In this document: piece after piece, positions 35,683 to 45,317 of the stretch
How the letters are laid out: every line of letters begins with the position of its first letter
Position numbering within the stretch: position 1 is the stretch's first letter
Source: a virus
Length of the DNA: 64,000 bases
Reading direction: 5' to 3' (one strand)
IMG/VR virus record: IMGVR_UViG_3300037499_000265
Location: 1 to 64,000 of that record
Translations under genes and position numbers: made by a program
The notes under the pieces: model-generated
What the model was told of the DNA's origin: nothing
Databases searched by the model: none
Seen by the model: the letters and a program-made list of their open reading frames with translations, nothing else

Positions 35683-35684
35683 TC

Positions 35685-35966
35685 ATGCACGAAACAACGT
35701 CGGGCCTCGAGCCTGATATCGGAGACATCGTCCACTACCGCTCGCGCGGATCGTCCGACGGGAAGTTCCCACCGGTCTGCGTGGCCGCCGCCGTGACTAA
35801 GATCTGGACGACCGTCCACCACGGAACGACACCTGACGAGACCTCACAGTTCGTCGGTCTCGCAGTGCTCAATCCGGCTGGGCTGTTCTTCCAAGACAGG
35901 AGTCCGCAGGATGAGGAGCGAACTCACGGTGGGACATGGCACTGGAAGCACGAAGGAGACGAGTGA
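35685..35966 (+). CDS. conserved actinophage protein
   Basis: PDIGDIVHYRSRGSSDG...AAAVT...GLAVLNPAGLFF...GTWHW. Confidence 0.75.
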   Translation: MHETTSGLEPDIGDIVHYRSRGSSDGKFPPVCVAAAVTKIWTTVHHGTTPDETSQFVGLAVLNPAGLFFQDRSPQDEERTHGGTWHWKHEGDE

Positions 35967-35967
35967 G

Positions 35968-36198
35968 ATGAGCGAAGACCGGATCCACAACGCCTGTCCG
36001 CTCTGCCTCGAGCCGCTCACGGCGACCTATGGCGGCCGACGCAAGACGGTGCTCGACGTGCCCGGCTCCAAGAAGATCAAGTTCTACAGATGCGAGCCGT
36101 GTGGCTGCGTGGTCGATGTCAACGACTGGGATCGGGCCGTCGGTTTCGGGACCGAGGGAACGATGAACGTCACCTGGACCCGTCGAACGACATCGTGA
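35968..36198 (+). CDS. zinc-ribbon hypothetical protein
   Basis: CPLC...CEPCG. Confidence 0.6.
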   Translation: MSEDRIHNACPLCLEPLTATYGGRRKTVLDVPGSKKIKFYRCEPCGCVVDVNDWDRAVGFGTEGTMNVTWTRRTTS

Positions 36199-36521
36199 TT
36201 CTCGCGGTGCGTCAACACATCGTCGAGCGAACTCGGCTCTTCAGCGCACTCGATGTGTTGCCAGATTCTTGGAAAGTGGGTGCGAAGGTGGGTTACGACG
36301 ATCTGGACCTCGCCATCGCGGCCGAGGAGCATCGACAGGGTCGCGGGTTCGGCGTGCCGAAACACTGCTCTCGATGCGATACCACCATCGAGAATGCTCG
36401 TCGAGCACGCCTTTTAGCGACTTGCAAGCACTCAGACACCATGACAATCAGGACAGTAAGCGACATTTTTATAGACACGTACTGCACGACATGTGGTGTT
36501 CGGGTAGACACTTGTATCTGA
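36195..36521 (+). CDS. hypothetical protein
   Basis: GTGA overlap; CSRC...CTTC. Confidence 0.5.
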   Translation: MILAVRQHIVERTRLFSALDVLPDSWKVGAKVGYDDLDLAIAAEEHRQGRGFGVPKHCSRCDTTIENARRARLLATCKHSDTMTIRTVSDIFIDTYCTTCGVRVDTCI

Positions 36522-36533
36522 ATCCGATACGGT
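36505..36533 (+). promoter_or_regulatory. sigma70/HrdB-type promoter
   Basis: TAGACA-N17-TACGGT. Confidence 0.65.
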
Positions 36534-36556
36534 TAACGATCTGACATCGAAGGAGC

Positions 36557-38308
36557 ATGATGGCCAAGTCCACTACCCCTGATCCGTTCGAAGACAAGCG
36601 CACGCCGGGCGAACCGCCTCCCGAAGTGAAACGAGATCAGTGGGGCCGGTATCTGCTGCCGCATCCGGAGACCGGCAAACTGCAGGCCTGGACGCGGGCG
36701 ACCACGTTTGCCAACACGGCCGCCGACCAGTACAACATCGGTCTGTACAACGAGCGCCTGGTCGCCAAGGGCATGGCGATGCGGCCAGATCTCTACGCCG
36801 AGGCCGCCAGCGCGCACATCGACGACAAGGCAACGCTGCAGAAGATCTCCAATCTGGCCAAAGAGGCTGCTGGCGGCAGCGCCAAGGCTCGTCTCGGTAC
36901 CGCGTTGCACACCTTCACCGAGAAGACCGACCTCAACGAGAAGATCACCATCCCGGCTCCATGGGACGCCGACGTGAAGGCCTACACCGCCAAGCTGTCC
37001 GAGGAGAAGGTCGAGGTCCTGAAGGAATACATCGAGGCCACAGTCATCGTGCCGTCGCTCGGTGTGGCTGGCACGCTCGACCGACTGATCAAGATAGACG
37101 GGCTGGACGGCATCGTAGTAGGGGACCTCAAGTCGGGTCATTCGGTGCAATACGCCTGGATGGAGATCGCCTGCCAGCTCTTCCTCTACTCCCGAGCCAC
37201 CCACATCTATGACCACCGGACCGAGACGCTGTCCGAGATGCCGGAAGTCAACCAGGACAAGGCGATCGTCATCCATCTGCCAGTGGGGGATGCGGAGTGT
37301 GAACTCTACGAGATCAACCTCGAGTTAGGCGCCCGTGTGGCTGCGGCGTGCGAGGTGGTCCGCGAACTGCGCAAGCGTAAGAACTTCTCGATCCCGTGGG
37401 AAGGCTCGGTCTCCCGTGCGGTGGCTCTCAGCGGTGACGATGAGCCTGTCAGCGACGATGCCGACTGGACTGACGCAGAAGACGTCAAGGTGGCGTCCGA
37501 CCAGCAGGCGTCGCAGGACGCCAAGGCGGATGAGGACGAGTGGGGAGACGGTCCTAGCGCGGAAGCTACAATGGCCGCTCAGGCCGCCGAGGACGACGCA
37601 CAGGCCATGCAGCCCGCTGACGGGTGGGATGAGGACGAGCCGCCGTCCGCCGCGCAGGCCACCGCAGAGAAGATCGCACTGTCGGACAGCTGGGTCGCCG
37701 CCGGCATCGATCCCGAGGGCAAGCGGTTCCAACGCGCCAAGCTCGCCAAGAGCATGTACATCGCGGTCGACGTGACCACCGGCAAGCATGAGACGTTCAA
37801 GCTGCTGCGTGAGGCCAAGGACCGTGTCGCCGAGCTGGACGACACACTCGTCACTCCGGACTCCGACGTTCGTCCCATCGGTGCAGACGAACCGGCCGGC
37901 TCTGGTGATGAGTGGAACGAGCAGGAAGGCGAGGTCCGACCCGCATCGACACCTCCGTCGGCGGATGACGAGCAGGAGAAAGCAGACGAGATCGCTCTGC
38001 TCAAGGTAGAACTGGCCAAACTACGCGGCGAGGGGGGCGAGGAATCCACTCCAGTGGCGGTCAAGAAGGCTGCGGTGCCGGGAGTCAAGCCGACGAAGGA
38101 GTCGACGAAAGAGCAGGCTAAGCCCGCCAAGCGCAAGTGGATGGCCGAGGTGCTCGAGGCCGACAGCGAGGATCGACTGCTCAAGCTGTACCGCAAGGCC
38201 AAGGCCGCCGGCGAGTGGAACGACAAGCTCACCAAGGCCGCAGCGACCGTCAAGGCCAAGCTGCTGGCCGCCGAGGCAGCCGAGGTAGACGACGATGACA
38301 ACTGGTGA
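36557..38308 (+). CDS. PD-(D/E)xK (RecB/Cas4-like) exonuclease with long acidic C-terminal extension
   Basis: RDQWGRY...GTALH...AGTLDRL...GDLKSG...QLFLY. Confidence 0.82.
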   Translation: MMAKSTTPDPFEDKRTPGEPPPEVKRDQWGRYLLPHPETGKLQAWTRATTFANTAADQYNIGLYNERLVAKGMAMRPDLYAEAASAHIDDKATLQKISNLAKEAAGGSAKARLGTALHTFTEKTDLNEKITIPAPWDADVKAYTAKLSEEKVEVLKEYIEATVIVPSLGVAGTLDRLIKIDGLDGIVVGDLKSGHSVQYAWMEIACQLFLYSRATHIYDHRTETLSEMPEVNQDKAIVIHLPVGDAECELYEINLELGARVAAACEVVRELRKRKNFSIPWEGSVSRAVALSGDDEPVSDDADWTDAEDVKVASDQQASQDAKADEDEWGDGPSAEATMAAQAAEDDAQAMQPADGWDEDEPPSAAQATAEKIALSDSWVAAGIDPEGKRFQRAKLAKSMYIAVDVTTGKHETFKLLREAKDRVAELDDTLVTPDSDVRPIGADEPAGSGDEWNEQEGEVRPASTPPSADDEQEKADEIALLKVELAKLRGEGGEESTPVAVKKAAVPGVKPTKESTKEQAKPAKRKWMAEVLEADSEDRLLKLYRKAKAAGEWNDKLTKAAATVKAKLLAAEAAEVDDDDNW

Positions 38309-38555
38309 GGTTCAGATCCTCGGCATCCGTCGATTCGGCGAGGATGGCATCACACCCATAGTCATCGATGGCAAGCGGACGTGTGGCACTGTTTCAGATC
38401 ACATTCGTAACGGATGCATCGGCCTGGAGATCACCTACCCAGGCCGTGGAGGAACTGGGCTGTTTCATCTGAATTCGGCAGATGCGCTTCGACTGTCCGA
38501 CCTGCTTCGCGCAATGGCCTCGACGAATGAGGAGATCCATGGCTGCCCAGTCTGA
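38295..38555 (+). CDS. hypothetical protein
   Basis: overlap chain. Confidence 0.5.
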   Translation: MTTGEVQILGIRRFGEDGITPIVIDGKRTCGTVSDHIRNGCIGLEITYPGRGGTGLFHLNSADALRLSDLLRAMASTNEEIHGCPV

Positions 38556-38790
38556 GCCTGAGACCGTCCTGCCTGAGCCCGAGTACGAGGACGTTCTGAC
38601 GGTTCTTCAGCCGCCACACCAGTTCTGGGGCCATGGTCTGTTCTACATCGAGCGGAACGGTGGGGCCTCACACGACCTGCTCACAGAGGACCCTAGCAAT
38701 ATCTCTCGCCCAGAGCGGGACGTGCTCCAGGCATTGCTCACCTACGTTCTCGACCAACTGAAGAACCCGTGGGACCGCGATGACGTCTGA
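38539..38790 (+). CDS. hypothetical protein
   Basis: GAGGAG RBS. Confidence 0.6.
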   Translation: MAAQSEPETVLPEPEYEDVLTVLQPPHQFWGHGLFYIERNGGASHDLLTEDPSNISRPERDVLQALLTYVLDQLKNPWDRDDV

Positions 38791-39013
38791 GCTGTGCATC
38801 CATGACATGAACCCGGACTGGTGCGGGGACTGCAATTCGCCGGTCGTCGAGAAGGACCCTGGCACGGTCATCGTCGCCCAGTTCGACAGCGAGTGTCACG
38901 AGTGCGGCGGAGACATCCTCGCCGGCGACCGGACGCTTGTCCGGGACGAGATGTACCTGTGTTCCGATCACATCGTCGAACCTGACGGTGATCCGGATCC
39001 GTTCGCCTGGTAG
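38780..39013 (+). CDS. Cys-rich hypothetical protein
   Basis: CIHDM..DWCGDC...CHECG. Confidence 0.65.
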   Translation: MTSELCIHDMNPDWCGDCNSPVVEKDPGTVIVAQFDSECHECGGDILAGDRTLVRDEMYLCSDHIVEPDGDPDPFAW

Positions 39014-39039
39014 ACACCAGGGGAAAAGTTCGATAGTAT
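39011..39039 (+). promoter_or_regulatory. sigma70/HrdB-type promoter
   Basis: TAGACA-N17-TAGTAT. Confidence 0.65.
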
Positions 39040-39072
39040 CAGGCCCGAAAGGGCTCAACGAAAGGGAAACAC

Positions 39073-39567
39073 ATGTCCGACGACCCATTCGAACAGCCAG
39101 AACGTCGACCGGCGTATTCGTGGAAGGGTGCCAAGGTCGGCACCGTCATGGATGCCACCGTCGTCGAGGCGCCACGTGAGGTTCAGTCCCGGGAGTTCGA
39201 ATCCGGTGAGCTGGCCTACTGGGACGACAAGAAAGAACAGCCGAAGATGTCCGTCGTGGTCGGCGTCAAGACCACCGACGGCGAGGAGTACTCGCTGTGG
39301 TGCCCCAAGCCGTCTGCCATGTTCCGGGCGATCGCCGAGGCTCAGAAGGACGCTGGCGATCGGATCGCCGAGGGTGGCCGGCTGAGGGTCAAGCTGACCG
39401 GTCGCAAGAAGGACCCGAAGCGGCCCAAGCTCAACCCGCAGAACCTGTTCAAGGCCAAGTACAACGCGCCTGACGCGTTCGCCGAGGCACCCGAGCCGGA
39501 ATCGGAACCGGAGCCGGAAGAGCCGGAAGTAGCCGATGAGGGCTTCGACGACGAGCCGCCGTTCTAG
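39073..39567 (+). CDS. putative single-stranded DNA-binding protein
   Basis: OB-like beta content; acidic tail ending DDEPPF; near exonuclease. Confidence 0.65.
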   Translation: MSDDPFEQPERRPAYSWKGAKVGTVMDATVVEAPREVQSREFESGELAYWDDKKEQPKMSVVVGVKTTDGEEYSLWCPKPSAMFRAIAEAQKDAGDRIAEGGRLRVKLTGRKKDPKRPKLNPQNLFKAKYNAPDAFAEAPEPESEPEPEEPEVADEGFDDEPPF

Positions 39568-39693
39568 GGTTGGGGTTGGACGTTCTCCCTTACGGGTAAC
39601 GTCTAATCTCAAGGGGGCACCCCCCGCCCCCGATGAGAGGGTCTCCCAAACTTCCCCCGGGAGGCCCTCTCGCTCAACGAAAGGAGACCGCTT

Positions 39694-39903
39694 ATGTGGA
39701 TCAAGAGTTCGTTCTGCTCGGCCGACAAGCCTCAGTGCGTGGAGGTCAAGCTCACTGACAGCGGGGAGGCTGAGCTTCGCGACAGCAAGCTCGGCCCGCT
39801 GTTCTCTCCTGTCCTGAGCTTCACCGCAGGCGAGTGGGAAGCGTTCGTCGCCGGCGTCAAGGCTGGCGAGTTCGATCGCCGCAAGGATCTGATCGACGCC
39901 TAG
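39694..39903 (+). CDS. DUF397 domain protein
   Basis: WIKSSFCS...CVEV...LRDSK...LSFTAGEWEAFVAGVKAGEFD. Confidence 0.9.
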   Translation: MWIKSSFCSADKPQCVEVKLTDSGEAELRDSKLGPLFSPVLSFTAGEWEAFVAGVKAGEFDRRKDLIDA

Positions 39904-39913
39904 GCGACGAGTG

Positions 39914-40141
39914 CTAGCGAGACGCTCGGCGGAACCTCAAGAGCAACCCTGACTTTCGAGGCTTCCGTCGGGCGTCTTTGTGCGTCTTGAGTTGATCAAG
40001 TTCTTCTACGCTGAATCGGATGACCTTGTTCCCAGACGAGCCGATCACGTCGTGTCCGATCAGACCGTCGGAGCGCCAGCGGTCCAGTGTCCGGACACTG
40101 ACGTTGAGATGCTCAGCAGCTTGTTTACGAGTCAACGACAT
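39914..40141 (-). CDS. excisionase-like HTH (HTH_17) protein
   Basis: LTRKQAAEHLNVSVRTLDRWRSDG...IRFSVEELD. Confidence 0.8.
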   Translation of the reverse strand: MSLTRKQAAEHLNVSVRTLDRWRSDGLIGHDVIGSSGNKVIRFSVEELDQLKTHKDARRKPRKSGLLLRFRRASR

Positions 40142-40200
40142 ACCTCATGATGACTCACCCTGTCCGCTCCTGTCTACTTTTTCAAGATCGTATCAGGCAC

Positions 40201-40230
40201 TTGACACAGCGATCTACGATCAGATACTGT
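40201..40230 (+). promoter_or_regulatory. sigma70/HrdB-type promoter
   Basis: TTGACA-N18-TACTGT. Confidence 0.75.
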
Positions 40231-40262
40231 GACCCTTGACATAGACAACCGACAGTGGGAGA

Positions 40263-40928
40263 GTGATCGCCATGATCGAAAGGGAAGACGAGACCGTCAT
40301 CGACGAGGTCCCAGCTGAAGCTGAAAAGACCCAGCGGTCGAGACTGAAGGTCCTCGGCATCGTCCTCGGAGCGTTGCTGATCTTCGGCGCCGGAGCGGTC
40401 GTCGGATCCGTCGGAAACGGAGTCGACACCGTCAGTCTAGACCAGGCGAGCGACGAGATCGAGCGACTGACCAACGACAACGAGACGATATCCGCCGGGC
40501 TAGACGAGGTCATTGCCGAGCGCGACGAGGCGGTCGTCACCATCGCCGAACTGAACGAGGCGGCCGACGAGATCACCGAAGAGCAGGAACGTCGTGCTGC
40601 TGACCTAGATGCGCGCGCCACGGACCTGGACGAGCTTCAGGCCGATCTGGCGATTCGCGAAGAGGTCATCCTCGGCGAAGAGAAGAAGGTCATCGACAAC
40701 ACGATCGCCGGCGACGGCATCTGGATCGTCGGTGAAGATATCGATCCCGGCACATACCGAGCAAAGGGTTCGAGTGACAGTTGCTACTGGGCTCGACTGT
40801 CCGGCCTGAGTGGCGAGCTCGACGACATCATCGCCAACCACCTCGGCTCAGCGAACACGACAGCTGAGATCGGCGCATCAGACGAGGCATTCGAGACCAC
40901 CCGATGCGGCGAATGGACCAAGCAGTGA
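40263..40928 (+). CDS. membrane-anchored coiled-coil protein with extracytoplasmic beta domain
   Basis: TM VLGIVLGALLIFGAG; GDGIWIVGEDIDPGTY...CYWARL...CGEW. Confidence 0.8.
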   Translation: MIAMIEREDETVIDEVPAEAEKTQRSRLKVLGIVLGALLIFGAGAVVGSVGNGVDTVSLDQASDEIERLTNDNETISAGLDEVIAERDEAVVTIAELNEAADEITEEQERRAADLDARATDLDELQADLAIREEVILGEEKKVIDNTIAGDGIWIVGEDIDPGTYRAKGSSDSCYWARLSGLSGELDDIIANHLGSANTTAEIGASDEAFETTRCGEWTKQ

Positions 40929-41188
40929 GTGCCGGTCTGACCGAGGTCAGGCATACCCTCATCTACGGCGCCTTGAAGGCCGCCGACGACTACTGCCTGA
41001 CCTTCGGCATCATCGACCCGGTGCGGGCCAGGTTCGTGGCCACCGTGACCGTCGACGAGGCACTGGCGTACTGGAACGCCCGCCCGCTAGACGCGCCAGC
41101 ACACGTCGTGGCCACAGATTCGTTGAACCGGCTGACCAACACCTCGTTCGTCGGTAAGTTGCTCGACGAGCACGGATTCGCACCCTGA
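40925..41188 (+). CDS. hypothetical protein
   Basis: GTGA overlap. Confidence 0.5.
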   Translation: MSAGLTEVRHTLIYGALKAADDYCLTFGIIDPVRARFVATVTVDEALAYWNARPLDAPAHVVATDSLNRLTNTSFVGKLLDEHGFAP

Positions 41189-41201
41189 GCGGGAGTCTGC
41201 A

Positions 41202-41423
41202 GTGAAACCGATCGATGTGCTGGCCGAGGCGATGGGAGTGCTCGAGGAGTGGATCGGTGACTACACCACCCCGGACGAGAATGGCATCCAACATCGGATT
41301 CGCTTGATCGATTCGGATGACTCGTCGATCCTGGTCAGTGTCGAACCGGCCACGGTCCTACGGGATCCGGACGAGACCGAACGGTTCCGGATCCACCTGC
41401 GTGTCGTGAAGGGGGAGTTCTAG
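41202..41423 (+). CDS. hypothetical protein
   Basis: GGGAG RBS. Confidence 0.55.
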   Translation: MKPIDVLAEAMGVLEEWIGDYTTPDENGIQHRIRLIDSDDSSILVSVEPATVLRDPDETERFRIHLRVVKGEF

Positions 41424-41726
41424 TTGACCAAACCCAAGTCCAAACTGCGGACCAGTGACATCGATCTTATGAGCGATCGTCACTTCCGGCCCGATGACAA
41501 CAAAGGGGTCGTCGGCAAGAATATCGATGGCGTCGGCTCTCAGATGATCACGACCGAGACGAACTCTGAAAGCATCTTCTCCGCTCGAGTGACCGTCCAG
41601 AGAAACATGATCGATGTGGCCGACGGCAAAATGCTGACCAAGCTGCTCGGGTTGGACTGGGCGACGGTGGGCGATGGGCCGACGGAGCAACCAATAAAGT
41701 CAGCTGAAACGGCTGGCGATGAATAA
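41424..41726 (+). CDS. hypothetical protein
   Basis: ORF chain. Confidence 0.5.
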   Translation: MTKPKSKLRTSDIDLMSDRHFRPDDNKGVVGKNIDGVGSQMITTETNSESIFSARVTVQRNMIDVADGKMLTKLLGLDWATVGDGPTEQPIKSAETAGDE

Positions 41727-42030
41727 GGACTGGCGTAGCGAGGCAGCTTGCCGGAACGAGGATCCGGAGAGCTTCTTCATCCTAGAACACAACGCCGCAG
41801 CCAACCTGCGCCGAGCCGAACGCATGGCCATCTGCTGGCGTTGTCCGGTCAGGCAGTGGTGCCTGCTCACCGCGATCCGACGCAGAGATCGGTGGGGCGT
41901 GTTCGGGGGCTACGACATGGAAGTCTTGAATAACCATTCCGACAAGCGGGATGCCGCCAAATCCGAGGCGACAGTCGAACTGTGGTTCGCCGGCGTCAGT
42001 CTCGATGAGGTCGAAAGCGTACTATCGTGA
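41719..42030 (+). CDS. whiB: WhiB family Fe-S transcription regulator
   Basis: WRSEAACRNEDPESFF...ICWRCPVRQWC...WGVFGG. Confidence 0.88.
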   Translation: MNKDWRSEAACRNEDPESFFILEHNAAANLRRAERMAICWRCPVRQWCLLTAIRRRDRWGVFGGYDMEVLNNHSDKRDAAKSEATVELWFAGVSLDEVESVLS

Positions 42031-42269
42031 AGTTCCAGGTGCGGACTCTAGGTGACACGTTCGTGGTGCTCTGGTCCGAGGATGGGCTCGGACGAAAGGT
42101 CTCGGCGAAGCGGGGCCGACACGGCGCCACCTACGCCCGTGAGGTGGCTGCTGGCGACTGGCGATACGCCGAACTCCGCAAGATCAGGCGGGTCGTGTTC
42201 ACCGACGTCCGTCAGCTGTCATCGCTCGTGATGAGGATGATGCGGGACGACACACTGCCCAAAGTATGA
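42027..42269 (+). CDS. hypothetical protein
   Basis: GTGA overlap. Confidence 0.55.
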   Translation: MKFQVRTLGDTFVVLWSEDGLGRKVSAKRGRHGATYAREVAAGDWRYAELRKIRRVVFTDVRQLSSLVMRMMRDDTLPKV

Positions 42270-42312
42270 TACTGTCGCTTCGACACCTGATACAGACAAC
42301 AAGGAGGTACCT

Positions 42313-42825
42313 ATGCGCGACTACACCGTACGTGACGGCGACAGAGCGCTGACGTTCTTCGGCATCGAGCTGGCATTCTCGTCGTCCGCCGGCTCTCGCG
42401 GCGGGCGGTCCAGGCCGATCGATGACCTGCGCTGGACCGAGATGACGGTTTATCGAACCATCGACGACCGATACGTCCTGGAGATGATCGGGCGGTCCGA
42501 TGTCTACCACCGTGCTGCTGGCGCCGGCGGTTGCCTCTACGGCACGCCCAGCCTCGTCAGGTTTCTGGACTCCGACCGTCGGCCATGCACAACCTGCAAG
42601 CCCCCGGCGGCCAAGGACCTCGATCCTGACGAGAACATCTCCGTCGAGCTGGACCGCTACACCACGCGAACGGTGGACACGGCCGCAGACTTGGTGGCGG
42701 CCTGCCACTCCGCCGACAACCGTGGGTATCGCTACCTCACCGACGTCGCTCGCAACGTGTTGAACGACGCAACAGTCAAGGATGCCGCCCTCTCGACGGC
42801 CTACTTCACCGAGAAGATCGCCTGA
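42313..42825 (+). CDS. conserved actinophage hypothetical protein
   Basis: AAGGAGG RBS; RWTEMTVYRT...GRSDVYH. Confidence 0.75.
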   Translation: MRDYTVRDGDRALTFFGIELAFSSSAGSRGGRSRPIDDLRWTEMTVYRTIDDRYVLEMIGRSDVYHRAAGAGGCLYGTPSLVRFLDSDRRPCTTCKPPAAKDLDPDENISVELDRYTTRTVDTAADLVAACHSADNRGYRYLTDVARNVLNDATVKDAALSTAYFTEKIA

Positions 42826-43193
42826 TGGCCAAAGTCATCAGAAACGACGATGGGGAAGAGTTCATCCAAGTCACCGACGAGGACATCGAGAACTCCCCAG
42901 CGCTGGTCTCTTTCACAGTCCGGGTGCCATGGATCGAGCTGACCGAGATCGGGTTCCAACGTTCGGTCTCGGCTCAGGATGTGGTCAGGGCATTGCAGGA
43001 GAACTGGTCTGATCCAGCGGCCGCCCTCGCTGCCATGAACCTGCTCGACGATGCGACCCTCGAAGTTCGAATCGCCCGACAGGTAGCCATCGGGGCGAAC
43101 ATGACCGTGGAAATCCGGCCCAACAATCATGCCACTTGGCCCCCGGCGGTCAGCGACGAGCCGAGAGACGACTCTCGAGGTGCGGGCTCATGA
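42825..43193 (+). CDS. hypothetical protein
   Basis: TGATG coupling. Confidence 0.6.
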   Translation: MAKVIRNDDGEEFIQVTDEDIENSPALVSFTVRVPWIELTEIGFQRSVSAQDVVRALQENWSDPAAALAAMNLLDDATLEVRIARQVAIGANMTVEIRPNNHATWPPAVSDEPRDDSRGAGS

Positions 43194-43867
43194 GGTATGA
43201 GACCCGCCGGGTCGAGATGAGTCCGGTCCAGGAGGAGGCCTATCGTGCGGCATGCTCCTCGCTACTGCGTGAGAAAGTTGATCTATTCGCACCCGGCGGT
43301 GTCGCCAGTCTGACCGTACTGTCGTTGCTCGCCGCGGGCAGGGGTGAGGCGAGTGATGGAAGCGATGTGGCGATCAAGGAGTTCGGAGCGTCGCCGTCGG
43401 CAAAGACGACCGCGATCTACCAGGTGATCAACGAGTGGGACGGGCGTCCGATGGCGGTCTTCACCATCTCGCAGCAGGTCTTGATGACGTTGGAGCGAGT
43501 CTTTCGGAATCGGAAGTTGCGGAACCGGGTCGCCTATGTCTCCGCCGAACATCGCCTCGAGCACCGAACGCGCGCGCTGCAAACGTTCTCCCGCGCTGAG
43601 CGACCGATCCTGCTGACCTCTACGAAGACCATCGGTATCGGAGTCGATCTGAGCCGGGCCGAGACTGCGGTGTTCCTGCAGCCGACGTGGTCGCTGGGTG
43701 AGAGCCGATGGGTCGAGTCCAAACTGTCACCGGACTGCACGGTCATCACCTACGTGACGACCGGGACCGTCGAAGTCCACCAGCACCTCGGTGTCAGCCG
43801 CCTGCGCGAGATCGTGACACGGAAGAACCTCAAGGACTTCCTGTACGGCCGAGAGTTGAAGGAGTGA
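43190..43867 (+). CDS. stand-alone, degenerate SNF2-like helicase C-terminal domain
   Basis: MSPVQEEAY...SAKT...ILLTSTKTIGIGVDLSRAETAVF...VITYVTTGTVE. Confidence 0.65.
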   Translation: MRYETRRVEMSPVQEEAYRAACSSLLREKVDLFAPGGVASLTVLSLLAAGRGEASDGSDVAIKEFGASPSAKTTAIYQVINEWDGRPMAVFTISQQVLMTLERVFRNRKLRNRVAYVSAEHRLEHRTRALQTFSRAERPILLTSTKTIGIGVDLSRAETAVFLQPTWSLGESRWVESKLSPDCTVITYVTTGTVEVHQHLGVSRLREIVTRKNLKDFLYGRELKE

Positions 43868-44391
43868 TCACGTTGCCGAGAAAGAAGGCTATCACCGCAG
43901 TCCCTATCAAATCTGTGAAAAAGGTGGCGAAAACCACTGAGGTCGTCGTGCCGAAGGTGATCGAGGATGAGGATCCGATCTTGGCGGCACGTTCCATCCT
44001 GTCCGCCAGAGGCCTCTACGGGATCCAAGACGCCATCACGTACCTCGAGGGCTTCGTGTGGCGCCATCCCGATATCGATCCCTTCGTCGACCGCAGCACC
44101 GAACGAGCAGCGATGTCGAGCTACCAGACATGGCTGTCGACAGACAACGGCCAGCAGGACGAGGTCTTTCTCGACACTCACTGGCAACGCTGGGGCGTGC
44201 TCGAGCGCAAGGCCGTGTGGCTGCGGCGATGGCTCAACATCGTCGATGGCGAAGCCGAGCCGCCGACTCATGAGCCGAGAGACGAGCCGCGGACCTATGA
44301 AGAGGCCTTCGCGCAGGCTCGTAAAGAGGGCTGGCTGCCGCCGGCCGACCAAGTGGAAGAAGCGAGGCAGGCACTTGAACAGCAACTCTGA
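43864..44391 (+). CDS. hypothetical protein
   Basis: GTGA overlap. Confidence 0.6.
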   Translation: MITLPRKKAITAVPIKSVKKVAKTTEVVVPKVIEDEDPILAARSILSARGLYGIQDAITYLEGFVWRHPDIDPFVDRSTERAAMSSYQTWLSTDNGQQDEVFLDTHWQRWGVLERKAVWLRRWLNIVDGEAEPPTHEPRDEPRTYEEAFAQARKEGWLPPADQVEEARQALEQQL

Positions 44392-44572
44392 AATCATCAT
44401 CGTCGTCCGCCGGGGCGACCGGAAGATCGAGTTCAAGCAGACCATCGAGGACGAGGAACTCCCCTCGTTCAAGAGCATCGCCAACGAGGTCGCAGACCTT
44501 GCCGTATCGGTTCGCAAGCACCTCGAGTCAGCCGATCCCACCGACTCTTCCATTCCTCCGCCGCCGTTCTGA
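44375..44572 (+). CDS. hypothetical protein
   Basis: TTG start; ends PPPPF. Confidence 0.5.
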   Translation: MNSNSEIIIVVRRGDRKIEFKQTIEDEELPSFKSIANEVADLAVSVRKHLESADPTDSSIPPPPF

Positions 44573-45066
44573 TGCGAGTCGTCACAGGCCGCGAGTACTC
44601 CGGTCCGGCAGGCCGCGCTACCGAGATCCTTCGTCAAGGCGAGCCTGACCGGCCGGATTGGGTCGCGACGGTGTCGTGCTGGTTCCTCGAGTGCCCCGGC
44701 CAGTCACCGGCATGGTCCCACTACGTCATGTGGGTCATCCACCTGCGGGATCTCGACGATGTTCCGCCGGCGCATATCGAGATCCCAGGGGCCACTCACG
44801 AGCTGGTTGTGGCCGCGCTGGATCCTGACTACAACCCGAAGGCGCTGAGGCTGTCCCCCTGGCGATTCCTGCGCCCGCTGAACGTCCAGGAGCAGGTCCA
44901 GCTACCGAACGACGAAACGGCCCGGAAGCTGGCCAGTATCGCCGTTCAGGCCGTTGTGAACGGAACCCTTCCGGCAGAGCCGGCTCTGTCCGGCGCGGTC
45001 GAGCCGTGGCGAACGTCGCTGATCAGGACGTCGGCCCATCTACGCGGCGAAGAACACGCATCGTGA
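44572..45066 (+). CDS. conserved actinophage hypothetical protein
   Basis: QSPAWSHY...IHLRD...ATHE...ALDP. Confidence 0.7.
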   Translation: MRVVTGREYSGPAGRATEILRQGEPDRPDWVATVSCWFLECPGQSPAWSHYVMWVIHLRDLDDVPPAHIEIPGATHELVVAALDPDYNPKALRLSPWRFLRPLNVQEQVQLPNDETARKLASIAVQAVVNGTLPAEPALSGAVEPWRTSLIRTSAHLRGEEHAS

Positions 45067-45317
45067 AGATCTCCTACCAGGTCGGACTCGCCTTCGACGA
45101 AGCTGACGATGTCGAGGCTCGTACGGGATACGAGGAGCTGGCCAACCTGTCGGACTACACCGCCGAGAAACACGAGCTGTTCGCTTACCTGCTGATGATG
45201 GCCGTGCGGCTCGAGTGGCGGATGGCAGACCGGTCCAGGGAGTACGAACTGGACCGTCAGCGACGCGAGGAACGCCGACGGGAACGAGCTGAGAAAAAGG
45301 CTGCCGAAAGTACTTGA
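45063..45317 (+). CDS. hypothetical protein
   Basis: GTGA overlap. Confidence 0.55.
   Translation: MKISYQVGLAFDEADDVEARTGYEELANLSDYTAEKHELFAYLLMMAVRLEWRMADRSREYELDRQRREERRRERAEKKAAEST

Noticed and set aside
36557-38308. Cas4 as part of a CRISPR adaptation module
   Set aside because: Common stand-alone phage PD-(D/E)xK exonuclease in a recombination context, 7 kb from the array, with no cas1/cas2.
39914-40141. Excisionase implying a nearby integrase/attP
   Set aside because: No integrase or att core is recognisable in the window; HTH_17 proteins are often simple regulators.
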